64,000 nt of DNA from a virus (taxonomy: Duplodnaviria; Heunggongvirae; Uroviricota; Caudoviricetes): positions 12,254-76,253 of the IMG/VR virus record IMGVR_UViG_3300028048_000107, one strand, 5' to 3'. The first letter of the stretch is position 1. Each line of letters starts with the position of its first letter. The position numbers and the translations under genes were made by a program. The notes under the pieces are model-generated. The model had not been told where the DNA came from and made no database searches. It saw nothing but the letters and a program-made list of their open reading frames with translations. Positions 1 through 9,451 of the stretch are shown one piece after another.

Positions 1-686
1 CCATAAGTAATTTGCTTATCTCCTGCCTTTCCCAACCCTCCGTGATCAAAAAAAGTTCCTTCTTTTGTTCTATAACAATTTGTACCGCTTTTATGATTGC
101 CATAAATTTTATCTGCAAGAGTAGCAGTAATCTCGTCTAAAATAATATTAGAAGGAAATCTACCTCCTGAATTATCGCCTAACTTATTAAGATGAATCCT
201 ACATGCACCAATATTAAATGCACCTGTACCCCATTTAATAACATTTTCAGCATAAGTCCTTTCAGAAATAGGTTTTTGTGCTACTACAATAACCTCTGTA
301 GCTGGTTTAAGCTGAGTATGAAAATCGTTATAATTATTAGATGTATCAGTAGTAAATTTAGATTTTATAGCCTTACCTATATTTTGACCGTGAGGCATAC
401 CAGTTCCGTAAATATAAAAAATTTCATCCTTAATAATAAATCCTGCATCTTCTATAGCACATACCATACGGTGTATATTCTTAGGACACCCAAAAGCTAA
501 AAGAAATCCACCAGGTTTTAAGACTCTATGACATTTTTCCCAAGTCGATATATTAAAAGCAATACCAGTACTATCCCACTTATTCCCCATAAATTTTAAT
601 TCATATGGAGGGTCAGTAACAATACTATCAATAAAATTAGTTTCAATAGTGTCCATATAAACTAAACAATCATTATTTATTATCAT
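1..686 (-). CDS. DNA methyltransferase (amino-MTase, DPPY motif), N-terminal part; ORF runs past window start
   Basis: Minus-strand frame open from ATG at 686 to position 1 (absent from ORF track because no stop in window). Translation MIINNDCLVYMDTIETNFIDSIVTDPPYEL...VLKPGGFLLAFG...GGRFPSNIIL: motif IV DPPY and typical MTase segments. Start overlaps stop of 683..940 (ATGA). Confidence 0.6.
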   Translation of the reverse strand, partial: MIINNDCLVYMDTIETNFIDSIVTDPPYELKFMGNKWDSTGIAFNISTWEKCHRVLKPGGFLLAFGCPKNIHRMVCAIEDAGFIIKDEIFYIYGTGMPHGQNIGKAIKSKFTTDTSNNYNDFHTQLKPATEVIVVAQKPISERTYAENVIKWGTGAFNIGACRIHLNKLGDNSGGRFPSNIILDEITATLADKIYGNHKSGTNCYRTKEGTFFDHGGLGKAGDKQITY

Positions 687-940
687 AAGCTGTCCTCTCC
701 AATATACTTAGCCCAATATTGTAGAAAAACAATGTCTTCAGTAGTATCAACTTTATTAAGCCAATGTCCATGATCTAATGCAATCTGCCCAAATCCTGTA
801 GTATTGCCATATTTAGGATTTTCCTCAAATAATATTTTATACCATGAAAGCTTATCATATTCTTCTTGTAATTTCTGCCAATGTTTCCAAATATTATTTC
901 TTGCTCTTTCCCTTAATACTTCAAGTTGGTAAGTCATCAC
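683..940 (-). CDS. hypothetical protein, member of tandem 4-gene paralog family
   Basis: Shares WxxxQxEYDKLxWYK core and aromatic C-terminal (YWAKY) motif with 921..1268, 1261..1470 and 1457..1804. Confidence 0.4.
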   Translation of the reverse strand: MMTYQLEVLRERARNNIWKHWQKLQEEYDKLSWYKILFEENPKYGNTTGFGQIALDHGHWLNKVDTTEDIVFLQYWAKYIGEDSL

Positions 941-1268
941 TACTCACCCCATTACTGTCAGGAGTATAATTAGCCCAGTATCTGATAAACTTATAATCTT
1001 CGATATCTAACCCAAAATAATCTGGGGACTCTAATGCACTTCTAACACCATTTAAGCTTTCTTTATAATTAGTACAAGCTAATAGGTTAGAGTGCAACTT
1101 CATATGTTTATCATTAAGAATGTTTACTCTTTGCCAAAATGTTAGTTTATCATACTCTTTTTGTAGTTTTGCTTCATACTCTATAATATTTTCTTTAGCT
1201 TTTTGATAATTATCTTCGATATATTTTCTTTCAAAAATAGTTGCAGGTCTAGGATCTTTTCTATACAT
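921..1268 (-). CDS. hypothetical protein, tandem paralog family
   Basis: KLQKEYDKLTFWQRV...FIRYWANY motif shared with neighbours; overlapping stop/start. Confidence 0.4.
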   Translation of the reverse strand: MYRKDPRPATIFERKYIEDNYQKAKENIIEYEAKLQKEYDKLTFWQRVNILNDKHMKLHSNLLACTNYKESLNGVRSALESPDYFGLDIEDYKFIRYWANYTPDSNGVSSDDLPT

Positions 1269-1470
1269 CTTCTGCCCACTCCATTACCAAGTCATAATCA
1301 TCTTTTGTTAGATTAACTAAATCTAAATTAGATAATTTCATCTTAATAATATTTAATTTTTCAAGATATATATTATCCCACCATGTTCTTCCGTACATTT
1401 TTATAGAATTACTTATGGCTTTTTCAATGTTAGCTTTAATATATTCTTCTTGCTCTTTAGTTACTATCAT
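1261..1470 (-). CDS. hypothetical protein, short member of tandem paralog family
   Basis: C-terminal DYDLVMEWAEDV matches DYDLVRWWAEYD of 1457..1804. Confidence 0.35.
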   Translation of the reverse strand: MIVTKEQEEYIKANIEKAISNSIKMYGRTWWDNIYLEKLNIIKMKLSNLDLVNLTKDDYDLVMEWAEDV

Positions 1471-1804
1471 ATTCAGCCCACCACCTAACTAAATCATAAT
1501 CGTCCATATCTAAACTTTTATTTGGATAGTATCCTTGAAAATACTTTTTAACATTAAGTAGCTTACCTTCTTCCATGGAATAACTGAAAAACATAGCACA
1601 ATTACTTAAACACAATTCATTTTCTTTTTGTTCATCAGTTATTTCATAAAAAGGGTTATCTCTAAACCACCTTTTATACCAAGGAAGGGCATCATATTCT
1701 TTTTGTGCTCTTTTCCAATCTTTATAGAAATTTTCTAAAGCTAGTTCTATGTGGTCTTTGGTATATTTTACATAGCGGTCTGGAAGTTCTATATGCTCAT
1801 GCAT
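1457..1804 (-). CDS. hypothetical protein, tandem paralog family
   Basis: DWKRAQKEYDALPWYKRWF...DYDLVRWWAEYD; paralog of the three genes downstream. Confidence 0.4.
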   Translation of the reverse strand: MHEHIELPDRYVKYTKDHIELALENFYKDWKRAQKEYDALPWYKRWFRDNPFYEITDEQKENELCLSNCAMFFSYSMEEGKLLNVKKYFQGYYPNKSLDMDDYDLVRWWAEYDSN

Positions 1805-1806
1805 AA

Positions 1807-2346
1807 TTAAGCCCCTTTATGAGTAAGCTCCATTAAACTCATACGTACAGAAAGAATCTTTTTAACACTGTCAATATATCTAGTAATAACATCTGCCTTA
1901 TTTTTAAGTAGTTTATATGCACGATTATATACAGTAGATACAACTTCTTCTTCTTTTGCAGCAAGTTCACTAAGCATTTGCCTGTTTGCAATCGTACCAG
2001 TACTATTTATATAGTTCTCACTATACTTAGTTTGACGCACCATTTCACTAATATCTGCACGAATACCTAATAATTCTTGCTTAGAAGTAATAAAATAACT
2101 ATAAGTACACAAAGTAATAAGAATCTTATTTAAATCTGTATCCGTAAGTTCATCTTCACTATTTACAAGAAAATCCTTAATCTTGTCAATATAGTTATCA
2201 AGTTCTCCTGTATATTTTGCTACTATTTTATTTACAATTCCTTCAAGCTGAATAGAATTATTTTCAACTTGATCCTGTATAGTTTTATTTACAAGCATTC
2301 TTCTTCCTCCAAAGGATCTACATAAAGTATAATTACTTTTTCCCAT
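1807..2346 (-). CDS. hypothetical protein
   Basis: 179-aa minus-strand ORF in tight operon; no recognisable motif. Confidence 0.4.
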   Translation of the reverse strand: MGKSNYTLCRSFGGRRMLVNKTIQDQVENNSIQLEGIVNKIVAKYTGELDNYIDKIKDFLVNSEDELTDTDLNKILITLCTYSYFITSKQELLGIRADISEMVRQTKYSENYINSTGTIANRQMLSELAAKEEEVVSTVYNRAYKLLKNKADVITRYIDSVKKILSVRMSLMELTHKGA

Positions 2347-2627
2347 GACTCATTAAGCTTAATTAAAAAATCTGCAAATTCTTTTTCATATCTTGTATCA
2401 TCTAAAGAAAGATGTACTCCTATTTCCTGCTCAAATATTTCCCAAGGTTCATTTTCATCTTGAACATACATTCCGTTTTCACCTATGTAAATATTAGTAA
2501 TTTGACAATATTTAGTATCTAATTTTCCCCAAGAATATTCATCTGATAATGTAAGACTTCCATTGTCTATTTGTACTAATACTTTTAAGTCTTTATTTGC
2601 GTCTAGTAATTTTGTTAAAGTAGACAT
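2289..2627 (-). CDS. hypothetical protein
   Basis: 112-aa ORF; start may be downstream of the track start, since it overlaps 1807..2346. Confidence 0.35.
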   Translation of the reverse strand: MSTLTKLLDANKDLKVLVQIDNGSLTLSDEYSWGKLDTKYCQITNIYIGENGMYVQDENEPWEIFEQEIGVHLSLDDTRYEKEFADFLIKLNESWEKVIILYVDPLEEEECL

Positions 2628-2633
2628 AGTTAT

Positions 2634-3089
2634 TTACCTCGCTTTTTTAAGCACAGACCAATCCCAAATGTTATACTTTTTTAATGCCTTTATCACAGGT
2701 ACTTCTATACCATTAGGATCTTTATAAGATACACTTTTCTTACCCTTTTCAATGAATAACTTATATAAATACTTAGTCTTAAACATTAAACATATAGATT
2801 TTTCATAAAACCAGATGATAGTATAAGCTTTAAGTCCTCTAATTTTAGAAGCTTCTGTCATACTTTGTAACTGATACTCAGAAATATTTTTATGACTCAT
2901 GGATGCACCGCTACAAGATTTTAGCTCACACATAATAAGTGATGGACGTAAAAATACAAAAAAATCACAAGGATTAGATATGCCTCTATAATCCATTATA
3001 TCATACAACCGAAATACAAATGAATCAGGAATCTGCTCTTTTACCTGCTCTTTAAAATACTTTTCAAATGTTTTACCTAATGAAGACAT
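2634..3089 (-). CDS. RecU-like Holliday junction resolvase (PD-(D/E)xK)
   Basis: ISNPCDFFVF...LIMCELKS...SEYQLQSM...AYTIIWF fits the RecU pattern NPxDF...G..E.KS...Q...L...G.a.ii.F. Confidence 0.45.
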   Translation of the reverse strand: MSSLGKTFEKYFKEQVKEQIPDSFVFRLYDIMDYRGISNPCDFFVFLRPSLIMCELKSCSGASMSHKNISEYQLQSMTEASKIRGLKAYTIIWFYEKSICLMFKTKYLYKLFIEKGKKSVSYKDPNGIEVPVIKALKKYNIWDWSVLKKAR

Positions 3090-3103
3090 AACTCCTTTCT
3101 CCT

Positions 3104-3331
3104 TTAATGCTGATTATGATTTCCTTTACCGAGGATTAAATCAACCCATTCACAAACATCTGTATCTGCATATTCACCTAAATTATCTTTAGATCTTACC
3201 CTATTAGTTAACGGTGCATATTCTACTACTTGTTTTGCAGTAGAGTAATCATATCCTCTACGCATTAATTCTTGAATACATCCTTCGTAGTAATAAGTAA
3301 AATTATCCATAATGATATTCACTCTCCCCAA
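3104..3331 (-). CDS. hypothetical protein
   Basis: 75-aa ORF, overlaps start of next gene by 29 nt. Confidence 0.3.
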   Translation of the reverse strand: MGRVNIIMDNFTYYYEGCIQELMRRGYDYSTAKQVVEYAPLTNRVRSKDNLGEYADTDVCEWVDLILGKGNHNQH

Positions 3332-4115
3332 TTTTATTACAAAACTTCCTATAAGAACAATAAGAACAAGTTGTCTTAGTTACATCTTGTGGTTTTGCTA
3401 CAATGATATTTTCTTTAGACTTATCTAGTACTTCATGACATTTATCTAATAAATTCTGTTTATCCTCTTTACTGGGCTTAAAGATAAATGGTTTAACTGT
3501 TGGCACATCTCTACAAATATATAAATATAATACTGTAGGTATATCTAATAATATTGAGTAAGCAATGCCTTGATTTTTATGTTTTTCCATAAACGAATCC
3601 ATTTTAAAGAATCCTGAACTGCCACAACTTTTTATTTCTAATATCATATATTTTCCAGATTCTTTATCTTGTAAAATACCATCAGCTAAAAATGAAACTA
3701 TTTTATTACCATCTTTATCTAACTTATATAAATGAGTTTCATAAATTCCCTTTTCAAAATCAGACTCTTGTCCAATTTCTAAATCTAATTTTTTATCTCT
3801 AACATAATCAGCTACTGAAATATACTTAAACTTATTTAAGCTTAAACAATGCCTCTGGGTAATCTCATGTATAGCAGATCCAATATCACATATATAAGAT
3901 AAAGAATATGTCTCTTTTTCCCCTTCTTTTGGTACGCCCAAAACTTTACAAGACATCTGTCGTTGACAATTTAGACTACTAGGAGATAGTGTACGTGAAG
4001 AAGGATGATCTTCACCGCTATTTTCTACTGTATATATAAAATCATTCTTAAATTTCTCAGCAATATCTTCAGTTTTAGCTGATTTAATCATTCCTATTAA
4101 AGATTTTCTAGCCAT
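3303..4115 (-). CDS. Cas4/RecB-like PD-(D/E)xK exonuclease with 4-Cys Fe-S motif
   Basis: MILEIKSCGS...LYLYICRD PD-(D/E)xK core; one N-terminal Cys plus C-terminal CSYCSYRKFC (CxxCx5C), the Cas4/AddB iron-sulfur arrangement. Confidence 0.55.
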   Translation of the reverse strand: MARKSLIGMIKSAKTEDIAEKFKNDFIYTVENSGEDHPSSRTLSPSSLNCQRQMSCKVLGVPKEGEKETYSLSYICDIGSAIHEITQRHCLSLNKFKYISVADYVRDKKLDLEIGQESDFEKGIYETHLYKLDKDGNKIVSFLADGILQDKESGKYMILEIKSCGSSGFFKMDSFMEKHKNQGIAYSILLDIPTVLYLYICRDVPTVKPFIFKPSKEDKQNLLDKCHEVLDKSKENIIVAKPQDVTKTTCSYCSYRKFCNKIGESEYHYG

Positions 4116-4173
4116 TATATTACCTCAATAGACAAATAAAGGCAAGGACATATGCCTTGCCTATTTAATTTTT

Positions 4174-4842
4174 TTACTTTTCAATAACTTTAACTTTAAA
4201 AAATATTTCTATGCCTTTAAGGAGATCTTCTTTAAATTCTTCTTGTTTTTTAATAAGGGTAAAAGAAATTGTACCTGCATTATTTCTACGTTCACTATTA
4301 TAGGATATAATCTCATCTTTATATTTATCCATAAGAACACGAGCAAGAAGATTAAGTTCAACAAAACATTTCTTTACATCAAAACCAATAGTAAAAACAT
4401 TTTTACCATGAATGACCACTACATCATGATCATTATTTACTACAGGCTTTTCTTCCTTTTTCTTCTTCTCATAAGTAAATCTAATAATACGAGAACCATT
4501 ATCATAAGTTCTATCTTCAGTAATATCAATATCATACTGTTTTTTAACTTCTGCTAAAGAGTTCTCTAACTCTTTAGCACTATCATCTGTACAACTAAGA
4601 GCACATTCAGTACCATCATCAGTAATTCTAAAGGATTTAATCTCTTTAAGAGCCTTTGCACCAACTTCTACAATGTAATACTTAGTAATAGCAGTACCAA
4701 AATCATCATATTCCATATCAAGAAGTTCTTCTGCTTTTTTCTCTGCTTCAGCAGTAGTATTAAATTCTACAAGTTTATCATTAAAATCATCAAAGTAACC
4801 AATACCACCAAATTCATCTGTATATTTCAGTAAATATGCCAT
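4174..4842 (-). CDS. hypothetical protein
   Basis: 222-aa ORF between clamp-like gene and nuclease; acidic. Confidence 0.4.
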   Translation of the reverse strand: MAYLLKYTDEFGGIGYFDDFNDKLVEFNTTAEAEKKAEELLDMEYDDFGTAITKYYIVEVGAKALKEIKSFRITDDGTECALSCTDDSAKELENSLAEVKKQYDIDITEDRTYDNGSRIIRFTYEKKKKEEKPVVNNDHDVVVIHGKNVFTIGFDVKKCFVELNLLARVLMDKYKDEIISYNSERRNNAGTISFTLIKKQEEFKEDLLKGIEIFFKVKVIEK

Positions 4843-4845
4843 TTC

Positions 4846-5886
4846 TTATTCCTCCTCGTCTATAAGTGATAATACATACAAGCTAAGATTATCTTCAAAT
4901 CCAATACATTTTTGTGAACCGTGAATCACAAATTCATTATTTACTTTTCGTAAAACAGTAAGCATTTCTTCAGCAGAAGTTACCATTCTACAAGGATTAC
5001 CTTTAAGTTTAACATCTATAGTTTCATTTACATCTTGATTCTCACCTAATAGTGTAACACTATTTTCAGTAAATGTCAAGATTACTTTTCCTTTTTGCCA
5101 AGGTTTAGTGAAAATACTAATCCGCTTTAAAGCGTTAACTAATTCTGACTTTTCTAAAGTAAAACTAAATTCAGCCCAATCTGTATTCATGAAAGGTCTT
5201 ATCATATCTACAGGATATTCCAAAGGGTCATCATACATGAAATACATTTGAAAAATATCAGAGTCAACTCTTGCTCCTTGTTCTGTTTTAGAAAATACTA
5301 TGGGCTTATCTAAAAAAGAAAGTTGTTTCATTAACTTAGCAGGAAGCAATTGTTGTGGCAATATTGCTTTAGTAGTACAGGCTTTAGCTACATCTGTTGT
5401 AAATACTTTACCATTTTCGCAATAATACTGCTTGAAGAAATCATAGTCATCACCATCATATAAGCAGATAGAATTGCGTGAAAATACTTCGTGTAGTGGC
5501 TCTATTTCACAATGAATTCCATTTTCCATTACAGGCATTCTTAAATTAAGCTGTACTTGAGTACCTGTTTCATCACATTGTATAGGTAATTTATAGTTAC
5601 CACAACCTTTAAGAGCTACATACTTATCCTTACGAATAAGCTTAATGTCTTCTTTATTAGTTAGTTTAAGTATTTTAAGCAACTGTTCACGATCTAAAAC
5701 TATATTATCCATATCATCAGTATCTAAAAGTGTAGCTACTAATTTTGAACTTCCATCAGTAGTTCCAATTCTAAATACTCCATCCGCACAAAACATTTCT
5801 ACAAATGAAGTTATAGGTCTTAGAGGTTGAATTTTATTTATTACTGCAAACATCTCTAAGATATACTTTAAGTCTTTAGTCTTCAA
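4846..5886 (-). CDS. putative DNA polymerase sliding clamp (DnaN/beta-like)
   Basis: 346 aa; N-terminus MKTKDLKYILEMFAVINKI...FRIGTTDGSSKL resembles the beta-clamp start (MKF.i....L...L..v / LtgTDlE); C-terminal ILTFTENSVTLLGEN...IGFE resembles clamp domain III. Confidence 0.4.
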   Translation of the reverse strand: MKTKDLKYILEMFAVINKIQPLRPITSFVEMFCADGVFRIGTTDGSSKLVATLLDTDDMDNIVLDREQLLKILKLTNKEDIKLIRKDKYVALKGCGNYKLPIQCDETGTQVQLNLRMPVMENGIHCEIEPLHEVFSRNSICLYDGDDYDFFKQYYCENGKVFTTDVAKACTTKAILPQQLLPAKLMKQLSFLDKPIVFSKTEQGARVDSDIFQMYFMYDDPLEYPVDMIRPFMNTDWAEFSFTLEKSELVNALKRISIFTKPWQKGKVILTFTENSVTLLGENQDVNETIDVKLKGNPCRMVTSAEEMLTVLRKVNNEFVIHGSQKCIGFEDNLSLYVLSLIDEEE

Positions 5887-6215
5887 GTATCATCATCTCG
5901 CTTTGTTGGGTCAAAATTAAATAGTCCATCATCTGTATCTTGACTAGAAAAACCTGTTACATTTAATACTGAACCTTCTGATGACCATTGATAAATTTCA
6001 TCTGCAAATTCTGACGATATAACTAATGGACAATATGGATTCTTAACTAAAGTAGTCTTAAAATCTACAAATTTTTTAACTAAAAGTTTAAGCTTAATAC
6101 TCTCAAAAAATCCTGCTTTTGATAACTTATTGTTGGCATTAAGTAATGCTCCATCTGCTCTAATTGCGTAATCAGTAAACATTTCTGGAAAAATTACTAC
6201 TTGTACATCATTCAT
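5883..6215 (-). CDS. hypothetical protein
   Basis: 110-aa ORF overlapping neighbours by 4 nt each side. Confidence 0.4.
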   Translation of the reverse strand: MNDVQVVIFPEMFTDYAIRADGALLNANNKLSKAGFFESIKLKLLVKKFVDFKTTLVKNPYCPLVISSEFADEIYQWSSEGSVLNVTGFSSQDTDDGLFNFDPTKRDDDT

Positions 6216-6621
6216 CTTCTTCTTCCTCTAAAATATCATGGGCTATACATGTCCAATCTAATCCTCGCTTATGACAAGGCCATGCCCTATCATCTATAAA
6301 TAATTCTACATACGGCTTGGGAGATATTGAAGATCTAGGGAACTTTTCTCGCCAATCTTTGATAGCTTTTGGTGTATCACTATTAATCGCATCGAATTCT
6401 AATCCATATTTCTTACAAGCGTCTATAGCTATTTGTAAATGCTCATCTGTTCGGCAGGTAAAGAGTATAATAATACCTCCACGTTTCTTATACTCTTTAA
6501 GTACCGAAAATGCTTGACGATTAACATCCTTTGGTTCATAGTAAGGATATAAGTTAGGATTACTAAATATTAAGGTGTTATCATAATCAACAGCTATAGA
6601 CTTAATTTTAAGTCTACTCAT
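6208..6621 (-). CDS. HAD-superfamily phosphatase/nucleotidase-like protein
   Basis: VDYDNTL (DxDxT motif I) near N-terminus and ELFIDDR motif IV-like. Confidence 0.45.
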   Translation of the reverse strand: MSRLKIKSIAVDYDNTLIFSNPNLYPYYEPKDVNRQAFSVLKEYKKRGGIIILFTCRTDEHLQIAIDACKKYGLEFDAINSDTPKAIKDWREKFPRSSISPKPYVELFIDDRAWPCHKRGLDWTCIAHDILEEEEDE

Positions 6622-6827
6622 ATCTTACCTCTTTTAGCTATTTCTTCTTCGATCATTCTTTTTGACTCTCGATCAATAGCTAAGAAATCTTTATCTGTAA
6701 TTTCACTACGATAATCACTTAATTCCTGTAGCCATAAAAGAATCTGATATAGATGTACTTTATCTAATTCATTATCAACAGTTTCTACCATTTCTTGAAT
6801 ATATGCAATCATTCCATCTAACATCAT
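6618..6827 (-). CDS. hypothetical protein
   Basis: 69-aa ORF. Confidence 0.35.
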   Translation of the reverse strand: MMLDGMIAYIQEMVETVDNELDKVHLYQILLWLQELSDYRSEITDKDFLAIDRESKRMIEEEIAKRGKI

Positions 6828-6849
6828 TTTAGATCAGCCCTTTCTATGA

Positions 6850-7209
6850 TTAGAGTGTAATTTCTTCTCCATTATGCCATAATTTCTTTGCTCCCAATAA
6901 GTCTGCCCAAGTTAATAATTCTTTTGTGAAATGCTTACCATCATATCCTACAATATAGTCTTCCCCAACTGCTACAATAGTATATGTAGTAATAATATGT
7001 TCCGTTGGAAGGTACTGAACTTCTTCTAATGCAATTACATCTCCAACATGAAAATAAGAGCTTAACTTAATTTCCTGTAATAATTGTTGCTGTTTAGTAA
7101 GTAATGTATCTTTCTCTAGTCCTTGCTTCTTCTCAAGCTCTTTTAATTCCTGTTCTTGTTGTACTTGCAATGCCTTAAAATTTTCTGCCAATTCTCTAAA
7201 AACTACCAA
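6850..7209 (-). CDS. hypothetical protein
   Basis: 119 aa; preceded by consensus promoter at 7240..7268. Confidence 0.4.
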   Translation of the reverse strand: MVVFRELAENFKALQVQQEQELKELEKKQGLEKDTLLTKQQQLLQEIKLSSYFHVGDVIALEEVQYLPTEHIITTYTIVAVGEDYIVGYDGKHFTKELLTWADLLGAKKLWHNGEEITL

Positions 7210-7239
7210 TATTCTCAGCCCCCTTCTGACTATACTATT

Positions 7240-7268
7240 ATTGTAGCACAGAATTTAGGGATTGTCAA
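7240..7268 (-). promoter_or_regulatory. sigma-A-type promoter (TTGACA-N17-TACAAT)
   Basis: Plus-strand tgtcaa 7263..7268 and attgta 7240..7245. Confidence 0.45.
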
Positions 7269-7602
7269 TACGTTCCGTTAGATTTTTTATTATTTCTTTC
7301 TTAAAATCCTCAAAAGTAAGACCAAATCCTTTGTAAAGCATAATAATAACAAGAATCATATTTTCCACAGATTTTGAAGAAGGAAAGGTTGTGAACTCCT
7401 TATAGGCAAGTCTCAAATCATTGTCATCTAGCTCGTAAGAATATTCAAATAATTTAGGCACAGCTATATTAGGTAGCATATCATTATCGCCACTATACTC
7501 AGCTAAACACATGAATACATTAACTAAGATATTAGGTTCATGAGTTTGATAGTAATAATTTAAACCATTTTTAAGATATTGTATATATTCTATTTTTGTC
7601 AT
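7255..7602 (-). CDS. hypothetical protein
   Basis: 115-aa ORF. Confidence 0.4.
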   Translation of the reverse strand: MTKIEYIQYLKNGLNYYYQTHEPNILVNVFMCLAEYSGDNDMLPNIAVPKLFEYSYELDDNDLRLAYKEFTTFPSSKSVENMILVIIMLYKGFGLTFEDFKKEIIKNLTERIDNP

Positions 7603-7859
7603 TTTAGATTACCAAACTTTTTCATTAAATCATTAAAATCAATCTTACTAAAATCAATATTCTTAGATTGCTCTTGCATTTGTTTTGTAAAATCCGCTGT
7701 AATAGATGATGTTTTAAGTGCTTGTGCATTAGCTAAAATAGAAAGTCTAAGATCCACTTCCTCCAAAATAATTTCAGCCTTATCTACATCATCTTCGGTT
7801 AAATATTCTTTAGCTAATTTTTCTGCTTCTTCATTAAGTTTATCTAAAAATTTATCCAT
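7599..7859 (-). CDS. hypothetical protein
   Basis: 86 aa, helical/acidic. Confidence 0.4.
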   Translation of the reverse strand: MDKFLDKLNEEAEKLAKEYLTEDDVDKAEIILEEVDLRLSILANAQALKTSSITADFTKQMQEQSKNIDFSKIDFNDLMKKFGNLK

Positions 7860-7864
7860 ATTTT

Positions 7865-8059
7865 TTACCTCTTTGCATTAAGTTTCCAATCTAATTTATA
7901 TTTGCCATGTCTAATTTGATCATAAGCGTCCTTAAATCCATGTAGTTGGCTATGTAAATGAAGTAACATATCTAAATGCTCTCCACATATTGTACATATA
8001 CCAGAATTATATCTAGGATCTTTGCTTAGTTTAAGTTTATTTAATGGATTATGTTCCAT
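7865..8059 (-). CDS. small zinc-finger protein
   Basis: CTICGEHLDMLLHLHSQLH Cys2-His2-like. Confidence 0.35.
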   Translation of the reverse strand: MEHNPLNKLKLSKDPRYNSGICTICGEHLDMLLHLHSQLHGFKDAYDQIRHGKYKLDWKLNAKR

Positions 8060-8279
8060 CTTTCATACTTAAAGTAGCATTATTAACCAAATGCCCACAC
8101 TTAGGACAAATATATAAATGAGGAACTTTCACATTTCCATTTTTACTAATCATAATGCTCTTTACCTCCGTACCAAAATCATTCTTCTCATACCATCTTT
8201 TTGTTGCTTGATACATTTCTTCTTCATTAAATGTACCGTCACAAAAACCACATATTAGTTTCAAACAATCACTTCCCAA
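8049..8279 (-). CDS. small zinc-ribbon protein
   Basis: CGFCDG...CPKCGH. Confidence 0.35.
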   Translation of the reverse strand: MGSDCLKLICGFCDGTFNEEEMYQATKRWYEKNDFGTEVKSIMISKNGNVKVPHLYICPKCGHLVNNATLSMKDGT

Positions 8280-8904
8280 TACGCTCTATAGCTTTAGCAT
8301 AATAATCACCATCTAACTCAAAGCCAATAAAATTTCTCTTGTTTTTTTTGCAGACAACAGCAGTTGTACCACTTCCACTAAAAGGATCTAGTACTAAGTC
8401 ACCAACATTAGAAGATGCTAAAACTAATTTTTCAATAAGTTCTTCTGGCTTTTGTGTTGGATGAATTTTATTCCTACCACAAGGATATCTAAATACAGTA
8501 TTTTTACAATGTTCATTGAAAGTTGCTTTAGGAAATTTGCCAAAAACACAAGCTTCAATACCACTAAGCCATATTTTATCTCCATTCATGGGAGAAGGAT
8601 TAGTTTTCTCCCAAATACAAAGCCTAGTTGACATCTTATTTTTAGTCATAGTCTCTCTAATAGTTGAAACTTGATTTATTCCGCAAAATATGTAAATAGA
8701 CCCTTTAGTTAATCTGCAAAGCTCATCCACAAGATCTGGCAGATTAAAATTTACAACATCAGCCTTATCTTTATCTAAATTTCTAAGTCCTGCTGATTTT
8801 CTATTGACTTCTCCGTAAGGAATATCTGTCACAGTTAAGTCTATTGACTTATCAGATAATTTAGACATAGCTTCAATACAATCTGCATTGACTAAGTTAA
8901 TCAT
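8269..8904 (-). CDS. DNA methyltransferase, beta-class (N6A/N4C)
   Basis: MINLVNADCIEAMSKLSDKSIDLTVTDIPYGE (motif IV D-I-P-Y) then DPFSGSGTTAVV (motif I) near C-terminus. Track ORF 8269..9015 has a 37-aa N-terminal extension overlapping the upstream gene; true start set at ATG 8904 directly after the promoter at 8905..8933. Confidence 0.7.
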   Translation of the reverse strand: MINLVNADCIEAMSKLSDKSIDLTVTDIPYGEVNRKSAGLRNLDKDKADVVNFNLPDLVDELCRLTKGSIYIFCGINQVSTIRETMTKNKMSTRLCIWEKTNPSPMNGDKIWLSGIEACVFGKFPKATFNEHCKNTVFRYPCGRNKIHPTQKPEELIEKLVLASSNVGDLVLDPFSGSGTTAVVCKKNKRNFIGFELDGDYYAKAIERIGK

Positions 8905-8933
8905 ATTATAGCACACTTCCTTTATTTTGTCAA
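8905..8933 (-). promoter_or_regulatory. consensus promoter (TTGACA-N17-TGcTATAAT) abutting the MTase ATG
   Basis: tgtcaa 8928..8933; attata 8905..8910; ATG 8904 immediately follows the -10. Confidence 0.45.
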
Positions 8934-9448
8934 GTGTTTTGAAATACAATTTGTTTTGGTAATACATCATGGCAAACATAAATACTTTGAAACATAGGAG
9001 ATGCTGAAAACCCATCAGATTCTCTAGTATACGCTGTACGACCTCTAATAATATAAAGTTCTACACCTTTATCTTTAAATAGATCAAAACGCTTACGATT
9101 ATCAAATAATCCTGCATAATTAGAAAGTAATGCAAAAGGTTTACCTAAATCATAACAACGCTCAAATACAGCATTACGCTTAGTAAATGGATAATTAGAT
9201 ACTATTGCATCGTAATCTTCTCGTGGTTCATATTCAAAGAAGTCTTGTCCTGTGTATATATGTGAATATAATACATTAAAACCACATTCTCTAAGTACTT
9301 GTACAAAAGCTGAAGATTCTAAATCAAATGGACACCAAATAGTTTTAAACTTCTTTAAGTATGGTACAAGTATTTCTACAACATGAGGGGGACTCAACCA
9401 ATTATCGGTTTCTCCCTTCTTTACTGTTTTCATCTTAAATTCTGACAT
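8930..9448 (-). CDS. putative DNA N6-adenine methyltransferase (phage Dam-like), tentative
   Basis: NWLSPPHVVEILV...WCPFDL...IVSNYPF loosely resembles T1-type Dam (WxTP...DLDPCA...NPPF). Confidence 0.3.
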   Translation of the reverse strand: MSEFKMKTVKKGETDNWLSPPHVVEILVPYLKKFKTIWCPFDLESSAFVQVLRECGFNVLYSHIYTGQDFFEYEPREDYDAIVSNYPFTKRNAVFERCYDLGKPFALLSNYAGLFDNRKRFDLFKDKGVELYIIRGRTAYTRESDGFSASPMFQSIYVCHDVLPKQIVFQNT

Positions 9449-9451
9449 GTA

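Noticed and set aside
8905-9015. 37-aa N-terminal extension of the MTase ORF (start at 9015)
   Set aside because: The extension overlaps the upstream gene and contains the -35/-10 of a consensus promoter; MINLVNADC...DIPY is the canonical MTase N-terminus.
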